A DNA stretch of 61,607 nt, the filler included, from Chiloscyllium plagiosum (taxonomy: Eukaryota), in NCBI RefSeq assembly GCF_004010195.1. It is 3 parts of one record of this genome, joined end to end, with 100 filler letters (N's around TTAATTAATTAA, not from the genome) between each part and the next. Parts side by side here need not be neighbours in the genome. Positions count along the whole stretch, not along the records: positions 40,183 to 61,607 come from NC_057716.1; 2 more parts are not named here. One strand, 5' to 3'. A program made the translations under genes and the position numbers. The notes under the pieces are model-generated. The model was not told the origin of the DNA. It searched no databases and saw only the letters and a list, made by a program, of their open reading frames with translations. Position 1 is the stretch's first letter, and every line of letters begins with the position of its first letter. Below, in pieces: positions 49,310 through 61,607 of the stretch.

Positions 49310-52300
49310 ATTGTGACCTGTACAAGGATGGATTGCACCTAAATTGGAAGGGGACTAATATACTGGCAGGGAGATTTACTACAGCTGCTCGGGAGGATTT
49401 AAACTAGTAAGGTTGCAGGGGGGAGGGGGGACCCGGGGAGATAGTGAGGAAAGAGATCAATCTGAGACTGGTACAGTTGAGAACAGAAGCAAGTCGAACA
49501 GTCAGGGCAAGCAGGGACAAGGGAGGACTAATAAATTAAACTGCATTTATTTCAATGCAAGGGGCCAAACAGGGAAGGCAGGTGATCTCAGGGCATGGTT
49601 AGGAACATGGGACTGGAATATCATAGCAATTACAGAAACATGGCTCAGGGATGGGCAGGCCTGGCAGCTTAATGTTCCAGGATACAAATGATACAGAAAG
49701 GATAGAAAGAGAGGCAAGAGAGGAAAGGGAGTGGCATTTTTGATAAGGGATAGCATTACAGCTGTGCTGAGGGAGGATATTCCCGGAAATACATCCAGGG
49801 AACTGAGAAATAAGAAAGGGATGATAACCTTACTGGGATTGTATTATAGACCCCCTAATAGTCAGAGGGAAATTGAGAAACAAATTTATAAGGAGATCTC
49901 AGCTATCTGTAAGAATAATAAGGTGGTTATGGTAGGGGATTTTAACTTTCCAAACATAGACTGGGACTGCCACAGTGTTAAGGATCGAGTTGGAAAGGAA
50001 TTTGTTAAGTGTGTACAAGACAATTTTCTGATTCAGTATGTGGATGTACCTACTAGAGAAGGTGCAAAACTTGACCTACTCTTGGGAAATTAGGCAGAGC
50101 AGGTGACTGAGGTGTTAGTGGGGGAGCACTTTGCAACCAGCAACCATAACTCTATTAGATTTAAAATAATGATGGAAAAGGATAGACCAGATCTAAAAGT
50201 TGAAGTTCTAAATGGGAGAAAGGCCAACTTTGACGGTATTAGGCAAGAACTTTTGAAAGCTGACTGGGGGCAGATGTTTGCAGGTAAAGGGACGGCTGGA
50301 AAATGGGAAGCCTTCAGGAATAAGATAACAAGAATCCAGAGAAAGTATATTCCTGTTAGGGTGAAAGGAAAGGCTGGTAGTATAGGGAATGCTGGATGAC
50401 TAAAGAAATTGAGGGTTTGGTTAAGAAAAAGAAAGAAGCATATGTAAGGTCGAATATGTAAGGATAGATCGAATGAATCCTTAGAAGAGTATAAAAGAAA
50501 TAGGAGTATACTTAAGAGAGAAATCAGGGGGGCAAAAAGGGGACATGAGATAGCTTTGGCAAATAGAATTAAGGATAATCCAAAGAGTTTTTACAAATAC
50601 ATTAAGGACAAAAGGGTAACTAGGGAGAGAATAGGGCTCCTCAAAGATCAGCAAGTCGGCCTTTGTGTGAAGCCACAGAAAATGGGAGATATTAAATGAG
50701 CATTTTGCATTCATATTTACTGTGGAAAAGGATATGGAAGATATAGACTGTAGAGAAATAGATGGTGACATCTTGCAAAATGTCAGAGGAGGAAGTGCTG
50801 GATGTCTTGAAATGCATAAAGGTGGATAAATCCCCAGGACCTGATCAGGTGTACGCTAGAACTTTGTGGGAAGCTAGAGAAGTGATTGCTGGGCCTCTTG
50901 CTGAGATTTTTGTATCATAGATTGAGGTGCCGGAAGACTGGAGGTTGGCTAACGTGGTGCCACTGTTTAAGAAGGATGGTAAGGACAAGCCAGGGAACTA
51001 TAGACCAGTGAGCCTGACGTCGGTGGTGGGCAAGCTGTTGGAGGGAATCCTGAGGGTCAGGATGTACATGTATTTGGAAAGGCAAGAACTAATTAAGGAT
51101 AGTCAACATGGCTTTGTGCGTGGGAAATCATGTCTCACAAACTTGATTGAGTTTTTTGAAGAAGTAACAAAGAGGATTGATGAGGGGAGAGCATTAGATG
51201 TGATCTATATGGACTTCAGTAAGGCGTTCGACAAGGTTCCCCATGGGAGACTGATTAGCAAGGTTAGATCTCAAAGAATACAGGGAGAACTAACCATTTG
51301 GATACAGAACTGGCTCAAAGGTAGAAGACAGAGGGTGGTGGTGGAGGGTTGTTTTTCAGACTGGAGGCCTGTGACCAGTGGAGTGCCACAACGATTGGTG
51401 CTGGGTCCTCTACTTACCATTTGGACACAGAACTGGCTCAAAGGCAGAAGACAGAGGGTGGTGGTGGAGGGCTGTTTTTCGGACTGGAGGCCTGTGACCA
51501 GTGAAGTGTCACAAGGATCGGTGCTGGATCTACTGATTTTCATCATTTTTATTAATGATTTGGATGTGATCTTAAGAAGTATAGTTAAAAGTTTGCAGGT
51601 GAAACCAAAATTGTAGGTGTAGTGAACAGTGAACAAGGTTACCTCGGATTACAACAGGATCTTGACCAGATGGGCCTTGAAAGTGGAGTTGCAGATAGAG
51701 AGGATAGTGAAGAAAGTGTTTGGTATGCTTTCCTTTATTGGTCAAAGAATTGAATACAGGAGTTGGGAGGTCATGTTGCGGTTGTACAGGACATTGATTA
51801 GGCAACTGTTGGAATATTGCATGCAGTTCTGGTCTCCTTCCTATCAGAAAGATGTTGTGAAACTTGAAAGGGTTCAGAAAAGATTTACAAGGATGTTGCC
51901 AGGGTTGGAGGCTTTGAGCTATAGAGAGACACTGAACAAGCTGGGGCTGTTTTCCCTGGAGCATCGGAGGCTGAGGGTTGACCTTATACAGGTTTACAAA
52001 ATTATGAAGGGTATGGATAGGGTAAATAGGCAAAGTCTTTTCCCTGGTGTCGGGTAGTCCAGAACTAGAGGACATAGGTTTAGGGTGAGAGGGGAAAGAT
52101 ATAAAAGAGACCTAAGGGGCAACATTTTCATGCAGAGCGTGGTATATGTATGGAATGAGCTGCCAGAGGAAGTAGTGGAGGCTGGTACAATTGCACCATT
52201 TAAGAGGCATTTTGGTGGGTATATGAATAGGAAGGGTTTGGAGGGATATGGGCCGGGTGCTAGCAGGTGGGACTAGATTGGGTTAGGATATCTGGTCGGC

Positions 52301-52362
52301 ATGGACGGGTTGGATGGAAGGGTCTGTTTCCATGCTGTACACCTCTATGGTTTTATGACTCA
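49310..52362 (+). mobile_element. Near-full-ORF2 CR1 (HER1-like) LINE, degenerate
   Basis: APE endonuclease motifs (IAITETWL, YYRPPN, VGDFNFPNIDW) and RT motifs (NYRPVSLTSVVGKLLE, YMDFSKAFDKVPH), with stops/frameshifts and a 123-bp internal duplication. Confidence 0.92.
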
Positions 52363-53473
52363 ATTACTGTCTTGGTGTTCTCTTAGATCATGGGCAAGAT
52401 TCCCCAAGTTGTTAAGGTTTCAAAATGTCAAGCTCCCAGCTGAAGAGAGATGAGGCTATCCATCCTTAGTTACCTATCCTCTCAGTTGGTTACAACAAGT
52501 TTAATTTTAATGTACAAAAGAATTACCATGTGTTCTTCCAAACCAAACAAATGTATCATTTAAAACAAGCAATTCGAAGGAGCCACCTTTCTTGAGCTGA
52601 CAAAAAAATGCATTTTTTAGTTTTTTGAAATCGGTGAACAAATAATAACAGAACACACATTCACATAGATTAGAAAAGTGCATTTAAAATGTTGTTTGTG
52701 AAGAATAAGTGAAGGAATGTTGCTGCTGTTGCAGTGATTTTTATCAGTATGATTGATGTTAGTAATTGAATGGTGGATTGTGACATTCTTGTTTTGCAGG
52801 TCAACTGAAATTCTTCTGTCCTGGTTTCTTTTAAGAGTGGTTGGCTGTCAGCGTACAGAGTGATGGATTATCTTTTCCTCTTTCCCATGTTTAATGGCTA
52901 TTCTCAAAGCTGTGGCCTTCCTAACATAGTAGTCCACACACTGGATATCAGGCCCCTAATGCACACACAAAAACTGCACTGGTTTTCAACCCATATTCTG
53001 TAATTTCTTAAAAGTAGAAGACTCAAAACATGTCTATATTTCTTTTGCAGACTATATTTCTTTTTCATCATGTTCACAGTTCTGAGATAACCCCCAGGAG
53101 ATAGATTACAGTTCAATTTGCAGTGCATTTTCTCCCTTCCAAACTGTTTTTGGCACTCACAGGTATGACATTCTCTCCAGACAGTCACTGGATTTACTTC
53201 TGCACTAATTTTGGTTGTATCAATCCTCTTTTTAAAAACACATGTTTTAATTCAAAGCTCAGATAAATGATCTGGGGCTATGATCCATAACCATGACAGT
53301 TAACATTTTGTCTCAAAAAATAATCAAATGGTATTTGCTTTTGGTTTGTATTTTTCAATTACATCAGCGTATATAGAAATTAAGTATTTTTCCCAGTGGG
53401 ATGTTCAAGTGAAAGAAATTTTACTGTTGTAATATCAAATATTTAAAGTGAAACTTATTGTTCATTTATTCAG

Positions 53474-53635
53474 CTTGCCAGGCACTAATTGCACTGAGTG
53501 AGTGTAACAAAGAACAACAAGACAATATTTGTGCGAAAAATGGAATTTCCCCTTTGGTACGACTTTTACGAAGCTCTACAATATCTTTGCGTACATTGTT
53601 GAGTGCCATTGCAGCACTGGGTACTATGTGTGTTG
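53474..53635 (+). CDS. ANKAR: ANKAR internal exon (162 nt, phase 1-1)
   Basis: ttcag|(A)CQALIALSECNKEQQDNICAKNGISPLVRLLRSSTISLRTLLSAIAALGTMCV-g|gttagt. ARM-repeat signature GISPLVRLL; frame-consistent with the flanking exons. Confidence 0.88.
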
Positions 53636-53734
53636 GTTAGTATTATATCATATTATTTAAAGTTATTTGAAGGCAGTTTAAGAGATGTACATGCAGAATA
53701 ATGACAAATCAATCTTGTCTGAAAATTCCACTTC

Positions 53735-53971
53735 CTTTAATAGTGATTCTAACAAGGTCAACCAAGCAGACCTCATAGAACATGAGTTCCCTGATTGGGG
53801 CTGTTAACCTCGTCCAGTCAGGGAGCCATGGCTGACCAATATAAACAGGAACGTCAGAGATTCTATTCACTCTGAGAGCTGCTATGAGGAAGCTACAGCA
53901 GTGTCATGTACAATGCATGTGTAAATAAAGGGTGATTTGAGACAGGACACCTGCCTCTGTGGAGTTATTTC
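53735..53971 (+). mobile_element. Solo LTR-like repeat
   Basis: About 240 bp with a TATA-like aatataaa, a poly(A) signal aataaa and a ...ttatttCA end. A homologous copy lies at 45897-47250. Confidence 0.5.
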
Positions 53972-54805
53972 AACTTTAACTTCAAGTTTTCTCACTTCCC
54001 TTTCTGGAATGTTTTCCTCCATAGTAGAGTACTCTTCCATAAGTGGATGACCTTCTGATACCACATCAAGTCCATATTGTTTTCTCAGATTTAAACAATA
54101 AGGATCTGACATCACTCAATTTGTAAATCAAAATGTGGAGAATTGTTTTCAAAAGCATGGTTTTAGCAAAAACACTGAAATATTCAACTACATAAGAACA
54201 TAAGAAATAAAAGCAGGAGTAAGCCATTTGCCTCTTGAGCCTGCTCTGCCATTCAAGAACACCATGGCTGACCTCTTTGTGAACCCAGCTCCCCCCACAT
54301 ACCCGCCCACTCACCATAACACTTAATTCCTTTACTGTTCAAAAATCTATTTTTGCTTTTAAAATATTCAACAAGTTACCTCAACTGCTTCACTGGGCAG
54401 GGAATCCCAAAGGCTCACAACCCTTTGCATGAAGAAGTTTCTCCTCAACTTAGCCCAAAATCTGCTCTGCCTTATTTTGAGGCTTTGACCCCTAGTTCTA
54501 GTTTCACCTCCTAGAAAACAATGGAAACAATTTCTTTGCCTCTATCCTATCTATTCCCATCATAGTTTTACATGTTTCTATAAGATCTCCCTTCATTCTT
54601 CTAAATTCCAATGAGTATAATCCCAGTCCACTCAATTTCTCCTCCTAAGGCCACTCCCTCAATTCCAGAATCAACCGAGTGAACCTCCTTTGCACCCCCT
54701 CCAGTGCCTGTGCATCCTTACTCAAGTAAGAAGACTAAAACTGTATGCACTAGAGTGTGGTAAAGGCAGATTGAATTATGGTTTTCAAAGGAAACATGGC
54801 TAATT

Positions 54806-56142
54806 AGAGTCATAGAGGTGTACAGCATGGAAACAGACTCTTTGGTCAAACCTGTGCATGCCGACCGGATATCCCAACCGAATCTAGTCCCACCTGCCAG
54901 CACCCGGCCCATATCCCTCCAAACCCTTCCTATTCATATACCCATCCAAATGCCTCTTAAATGTTGCAATTGTACCAGCCTCCACCACATCCTCTGGCAG
55001 CTCATTCCATACATATACCACCCTCTGAATGAAAAAGTTGTCCCTTAGGTCTCTTTTATATCTTTCACCTCTCACCCTAAACCTATGCACTCTAGTTCTG
55101 GACTCCCCAACCCCAGGGAAATAGACTTTGTCTATTTACCCTATCCATGACCCTCATAATTTTGTAAACCTGTATAAGGTCAACCCTCAGCCTCCGACGC
55201 TCCAGGGAAAACAGCCCCAGCCTGTTCAGCCTCTCCCTGTAGCTTAATTCCTCCAACCATTGCAACATCCTTGTAAATCTTTTCTGAACCCTTTCAAGTT
55301 TCACAACATCTTTCCGATAGGGAGGGGACCAGAATTGCACACAATATTCCAACAGTGGCGTAACCAGTGTCCTGTACAGCTGCAACATGACCTCCCAACT
55401 CCTGTACTCAATACTCTGACCAATAAAGGAAAGCATATCAAACGCTGCCTTCACTATCCTATCTACCTGTGACTCCACTTTCAAGGAGCTATGAACCTGC
55501 ACTCCAAGGTCTCTTTGTTCAGCAACACTCCCTAGGACCTTACCATTAAGTGTATAAGTCCTGCTAAGATTTGATTTCCCAAAATGCAGCACCTCACATT
55601 TATCTGAATTAAACTCCATCTGCCGCTTCTCTGCCCATTGGCCCATCTGGTTCAGATCCTGTTGTAATCTGAGTTAACCCTCTTCGCTTTCCACTACACC
55701 TCCAATTTTGATGTCATCTGCAAACTTACTAACTGTACCTTTTATGCTTGCATCCAAATCATTTATGTAAATGACAAAAAGTAGAGGACCCAGCACCAAT
55801 CGTTGTGGCACTCCACTGGTCACAGGCCTCCAGTCTGAAAAACAACCCTCCACCACCACCCTCTGTCTTCTACCTTTGAGCCAGTTCTGTATCCAAATGG
55901 CTAGTTCTCCCTGTATTCCATGAGATCTAACCTTGCTAATCAGTCTCCCATGGGGAACCTTGTCGAACGCCTTACTGAAGTCCATATAGATCACATCTAC
56001 TGCTCTGCCCTCATCAATCTTCTTTGTTACTTCTTCAAAAAACTCGATCAAGTTTGTGAGACATGATTTCCCACGCACAAAGCCATGTTGACTATCCCTA
56101 ATCAGTCCTTCCCTTTCCAAATGCATGTACATCCTGTCCCTC
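54806..56142 (-). mobile_element. Young 5'-truncated CR1 LINE
   Basis: Long near-intact RT stretches (SQHGFVRGKSCLTNLIEFFEEVT, VSKFADD, MEFNSDKCEVLHFG) and the CR1 tail. Confidence 0.92.
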
Positions 56143-56683
56143 AAGAGGAAAAAAAATTGAAGAGCTACAGGAAAAATGTGAAAGAGTGGGATTAATTGAG
56201 TTGTTCTTGCAAAGACGCAACATGGACACTAAGAGTTGAAACCGGTTTATGATTCTATGATTTAAGAAATGCTGCAAAGTTACTCCAGTAGATTTTAAAT
56301 GATTATTAAACTCACTAGGAAAATGTTCTAGCATTAAAGTGAACACTATAATTTATTTTCTCAGAGAAAACAGACAATCTTTACAATTTTAATAGGACCA
56401 TTTCTGTTAAACGAATGATCTTGCACTAGCACCAGGATCTTTCCATATGACCCAAAATCCAGTACAAACAACTCCATTGCCATTCTATATCACATAGAAT
56501 ATGTTTCCTTAGATTTCCTTAGAATTTCATCTTCTTTGTTTTAGTATTCTATGTGATCTGAAATAAATATATAACTCTCAATTACTTCACAGTAAGGTGA
56601 AGAAATGACAGTGGTATTAACTTATCCAATTATGCCCATAAATCATGTACTTAAACATAAATGTATCTGCTTTAATTTTGTAG

Positions 56684-56790
56684 GTGTAGCACACCAAAAT
56701 AATCCCATCAGTCAACAAAAAATTACTGAAGGAGGAGGCATGGACGTCCTCCTTTATTTGCTTTTTTCTACAAATTCTCCAGAAGTGCAG
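56684..56790 (+). CDS. ANKAR: ANKAR internal exon
   Basis: ttttgtag|(G)VAHQNNPISQQKITEGGGMDVLLYLLFSTNSPEVQ|gtaaca. Resembles human GVAHTSNPVSQQ as recalled. Confidence 0.87.
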
Positions 56791-57519
56791 GTAACAAGGG
56801 ACAGAGAAGTGTATGGTGGCATTTACTTTTGATAACTCTTTAAGAACTTAGAAACTAACATCTGCTACATTTTGAGATTTCAGGCAGTTGCCTATTGTAA
56901 TTTTCAGATAATTTATTAAGTTTGTGAAGAAGCAATAGTTTAGATATGATAAATTTGTTAATTAAACAAAAAATATTAACCCCATGACAATTGAGGATGG
57001 TTCATTGACAGCTAACAAGTAGACAATTCGCATAGAGTATGCTGATTTAATTAAAGTTGTGAAGGCAGCATCCTGGTCTATAAATGAAGTATTAGAAAAT
57101 TCTTCACTGAGTCTTCTTCTTCCTCTTCTGCTCCATCTTCCATCTTAAGAAGACAGCTACTTTGCAAGCACTGCACATAATGAGAACTGTCACTTTACAC
57201 CAAGTACTTGTTGTGATACATGTAGTAAGGGCTGAAATCCTCCAAAAATAAGCTAAGTACCAATTTCAGGGTGTTTCATGGACAGTTTGTCTCCATGAGC
57301 TCCAGTGAGTTATCTCACATGATTCTCTGCAGGTCATCTCATTACATAAATACCATGGTCTAAAGGCACCACACCCATGCAATGTTGCCCTCACCAGCAG
57401 CAGATGTTCTAAATGCTTTTGGGACCTTCCGAGATTCATGCCATGAATCAGTTGATTACCAGATCAAACACTACAAGTCAGGATTTGCCATTCACAGTGT
57501 CTTCCTCACAATTCCACAG

Positions 57520-58700
57520 GACATGGATGAGAAAGGAAAGTTGGCACTCTGGTTCACCGACAGGGACCTGGATAGTGGTAGCATGGAAGGTTGTCAGAGA
57601 TCATGGCTCAAACAATACCAGGCTAGTCTGAAGTTGCATCCTGGGTGGGGTAAGTGTTCACAGTTTGGAGAACACCCAGCAATGTAGGAAGAAGATTAAC
57701 AAACTTATGCATTCTGCGAGGTTAAATACCATCACGTTCTTTCTGCTCCCTCACACCCACTCTATCTCTGCCACTGCACCGACTCCCACCAAGACTCACT
57801 TTCTTGGTCTACCACTTTCACTATTGACTCAGCATATTCACTCAACTACTCACATCCACCCCACACCCTTGCCAGGTAACTGACCCTGCAGGCCGTCAGC
57901 ACTTCCTACTCAATCTCTCAGGATACTGCACCAGCTTTCCTGCTTGCAAACAATGCTAACAGCTGTGTCAATCATTTTCATCTCATTCAATTGCCCTCTG
58001 TATCTTGTTGCATGCAAAGGAGCCAAGAGTGGTGAGCTGCCCAATATCTGTGTCCTTACCCACTTTGAGGAGAAAATTCTTTGATTAGCAGGAGGGGACC
58101 GTGACCAGTCATGTGATAATGCCAAGACCTCTATGTCCCGGGAACAAAGTGTGCTTTGTTGACAAGTGCCGTGCTGCTCCCCATCACAAACTTGGCAAAT
58201 GTATTCTTCACATGATCAAATTTCTAGCCCTGTTTTGACACTCATTCCTCTGTTGTCACAGGCAGCATCGGTGGCATCCTTACAGTCTCCATGTAGAAGG
58301 GACCAACCCTTCAAATAGCAGATTCTCCTCCACTTCTGAGGAAGAAAACACATCCACTGAGGATGCAGAAGAAAAGTTGTCTCTTACACCTTCTACTAGT
58401 TCAGATACAGACTCCTTGGTGGATATTTTTGCTAGATTAGAGTGAAAAGCATAACCTGGTGAGTAAATCATTGCCATGTCTGCACAGATGACTGAGGAAC
58501 AAACACTCCAGGTGTGTTGCATTCGGAGGACTGCCAGAGACCAGACACCTGCTGACCCCGAGGAAGCAGAGGATATCATGCTTTGGGCTGTTAATCTTTA
58601 TTAAAAATGCACAGACACACAAGCAGCAGTCAGTTTTCTCAGGACACTTGTGAAACTGGATCAAATATTGCAGGAGTCCACCAATGTTCGATGCAAAGTA
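57520..58700 (+). mobile_element. Harbinger-type Myb/SANT-like DNA-binding ORF remnant
   Basis: KGKLALWFTDRDLD and NTQQCRKKINKLMHSAR (Myb/SANT-like helix 3), followed by a donor-like site, then LPNICVLTHFEEKIL. The frames are disrupted. Confidence 0.5.
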
Positions 58701-59310
58701 CTAGATCCATTGTGGATGATTTCACTGGGGATAATATCAGGACTACAGCAGCTCCTCAGTAATGTGATCATTTAGAGTCTGAGACATTTAAACAGTGTCA
58801 TCAAAACATCAGGACATGGAGGCATCTGACGAGGAGGGTCATGGGGTGCTTCTATATGGAACATTGCTATCATTAAACTGGTTCAGATGGATGCTTTTTA
58901 AAAAAAATTCATTCATTGTATGTTCGTCATTGTCACTAATTGCCTGTCCATACTTGCACCGAGGATAATTAAGAGCGAACCACATTGCTGCACATCTGAA
59001 GTCGAACATAGGTGTGACTAGGTAAGAATGCCAAATCTTCATCCCAAAAGAATATTCGTGAACTAGGTTTTTACAACAATCAACAATGGTTACATGGTCA
59101 CTATTAAGCTATCATTGTACTTTTGGATTTTTATCAAATTCAAATTACATTATACCCATGGTATGATTCACATTCATCACATACTGAATTTCTAGATTAC
59201 TACAGGGACACTACTGCTAGACCATTGTCTTAACTTCTTTCATAGCTAATCAAACAATCGGTACACATATAGTGGAAGATTATAAGTATAATAGCAATAA
59301 TGAGAACTAG

Positions 59311-59645
59311 CGAGTTTTGAGAAGATTCGTAGCTCGGGTTGAGGTTCTGGATGTAGGTTTGCTCGCTGAGCTGGAAAGTTCATTTTCAGATGTTTCATCA
59401 CCATACTAGTTAACATCATCATTGAGCCTCCGGAAGAAGCATTGGGGGTATGGCCCGCTTTCTATTTATGTATTTGGGTTTCCTTGGGTTGCTGATGTCA
59501 TTTCCTGTGGTGATGTCATTTCCTGTTCTTTTTCTCAGGGCTTGGTAAATGGGATCCAAATCAATGTGTTTGGTGATAGATCTATCAACAACTCAAACAT
59601 CTGAAAATGAACCTTCCAGCTCAGCAAGCAAGCCTACACCCAGAA
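59311..59645. mobile_element. Penelope-like remnant (third family) with ~50-bp inverted ends
   Basis: ttctggatgtaggtttgctcgctgagctggaaagttcattttcagatgttt is mirrored by aaacatctgaaaatgaaccttccagctcagcaagcaagcctacacccagaa. A degenerate tgatga...gaaacatc core lies on the minus strand. Confidence 0.55.
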
Positions 59646-59769
59646 TAATGAGAACATTTCCATCCAAACCTATATTATCGAAGAAAGTCCATGCTACAGA
59701 GATAATGCAGTCGACTTTTTATAGTCCAAGGGGGAAGTGAGAATCTTCTGCACTATGTTCAGGCTAGAG

Positions 59770-60300
59770 AGTCAAAGAGCTTTACAGCATAGAAAGAGGT
59801 CCTTTGGCCTATCATATCCCCATGAATCATCAAGCACATATCTACTCATGTCTCATTTTCCAACACTTGACCCATAGCCTTATATGTCATGGAACTTCAA
59901 TTGACATCTAAATACTTTTAAAATGTTGTGATGGTTCCCAACTCTACCATCCTGTTCAGGCAGTGAGTTTCAGATACTCACCATCCTCTGGGTGAAAAAA
60001 ATTCTTCCTTAAATCCCCTTCTAATCTTCCTTTTGCCTTAAATCTAAGCCCACAGTTATTGATTCTTCTACTCGGGCAAAACATTTATTCCTACTCCTTT
60101 ATCAATGTCCCTAATTATTTTGCACACCTCAATCAAGTGCAGTCTCAGCCTTTTCTGCTCGAAGAAAATCAACACCAGATTACCCAGTCTGTCTTCATAG
60201 ATGAAATGCAACAGCCAAGGCAACTTCCTGATGAATCTCCTCTGCACTTTCCCTAGTGAAATCACATCATGCCAACAGTGTGGCAACCAGAACTATAAAA
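59770..60300 (-). mobile_element. Old CR1 LINE 3' fragment
   Basis: LGKVQRRFIRKLP...RLRLHLIEVCKIIRDIDK. Confidence 0.7.
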
Positions 60301-61301
60301 CCTTGAAAGGTGAATGCAAGTTGTGGAACTAAGGTGAAACTTTACAACTCGCCTGACATTACTTGTGCTTCACATTGATTACTAGGATTATTTTACAATG
60401 TGAAGTGAAATGATCAAGGCAGGACTTTTTGTCAAGACAATTGATCAATGTATGAGGTTCACATACAGAATTATTTGTTAACGGATGTCTTTAACCTGTA
60501 CCTTTTAATGTTATTGCGCCTTGAAGGATTTCACATCACCCACAAATACAGTCTGCTCCCTCAGTGAGAAAAAAGCACTTACACCACTCACTTCGGACAT
60601 GGTGAAAACCATTTTTCACTTGAATTATGCATTTGTGATTTGAATGAGCCTGAAAGGCAATACACATGGTGCTTCATGGAATGGATGATCAGCCTGTCAA
60701 TCTAGGTGACCCCCTCCCTGATTATTCTTCATGTCCTCATCCAACCCTTTTATTTCACTGCTCTTTTCTCCACTTTACCTTGTGGCCCCAGGCATACAGC
60801 TAAATGAGGTCAGACAAAGTTATGCACAGTCTCCCATTAAAGGCAGAATGATGGTGACTATTAATGACCCCACTCTCACAGTACACTTCTGTAATGTCTT
60901 CTGCTCTTAAATGTTGAGATGCTCTCCTTCACAATTATTGTCTTGCTGCCTCCATTCCCCACAATTGACTTCCCCAGCTTGTCATCCCCACCACAGCAAT
61001 GATCCCGATTAACCCTCCCTTGAAATCCAGCAAAAAGGTCCCCAAGCTGACTCTGATTTGCTCCCTTGATTGACTTGGAAAGACCATCCCAACTTGACTA
61101 ATACATGAGCAACTCCTAGATTGATTGCACTGGACATGCAGCACTGATCAGGCTGTGATGATAAGGTCTGACCCTGACTGCTCCAAGTGCCTCACTGACT
61201 ATGTCTAAACCCCTCGATTGATTTTTGATGACCCCCTTGATCTACTGTGTTCCGTAAATATATGGCTTACTTGTAAAATAGAAGGCTGGCTGCGAGTGTA
61301 A

Positions 61302-61607
61302 ATATACTCCCAAACTATGCCGGAAGGGCAGGGGTATGAATATTGACGGGGCCCGAGAACCCGGGGGCATGTGGGGTTGGCAGACCCCTATATGCAAATG
61401 AAGGTAATGGACAAGAATCTGTCTTTTTTGGTTGACACGGGTGCAAGATTTTCTACCATCATTTGTGATATACCTCGGTCAAGCATGTCATCCTCTAGCG
61501 TCCAGTTAGTAGGGTTCTCGGGTAAACCAGAAAATCTGCCTTTGACATCGCCACTGATCACATCAGTGGCCGGACAGACCTTTCGTCACCAGTATATTTC
61601 ATCACCT
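61302..61607 (+). mobile_element. Endogenous retrovirus gag-end/protease (class I, gamma/epsilon-like), truncated by the window end
   Basis: After TGA (61344-61346) an open frame runs 87 codons to the window end: RGPRTRGHVGLADPYMQMKVMDKNLSFLVDTGARFSTII...VQLVGFSGKPENLPLTSPL...TFRHQYISSP. It contains the retropepsin FLVDTGA motif (DTG at 61434-61442) and a flap-like VGFSG. Confidence 0.8.

Overview
Eukaryotic (vertebrate) genomic DNA. The repeat content (HE1-type SINEs, CR1/HER1 LINEs, Penelope-like elements) points to a shark or other elasmobranch; this is inference. Host genes are all on the + strand. (1) A CpG-rich promoter at about 29.0-29.5 kb precedes a bicistronic locus: a 4-exon upstream ORF encoding an 87-aa ASDURF (prefoldin-like microprotein), followed 59 nt later, in the same exon, by ASNSD1 (two coding exons visible, C-terminal part missing). 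(2) Three internal armadillo-repeat exons of ANKAR follow. The first 28.5 kb and all introns are mostly transposon remains: CR1, Penelope-like elements with minimal hammerhead ribozymes, L1/Tx1, Harbinger fossils, SINEs, a Tc1/pogo MITE and solo LTRs. The window ends inside a retroviral gag-stop/protease junction (FLVDTGA) that the ORF track does not list. The most notable observations are an exact 35-bp duplication of the ASDURF exon-1 splice donor that could switch ASDURF off, a TSD-flanked foldback insertion carrying a tandem hammerhead pair, a UGA-CGG readthrough-like ERV junction with a downstream hairpin, inverted CR1 copies flanking a frame-preserving ANKAR exon, and a template-switch inverted duplication. 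Three assembly gaps (28530-28629, 40083-40182, 46267-47039) limit adjacency claims. Gene and family names rest on recalled sequences and motifs; no database search was run.
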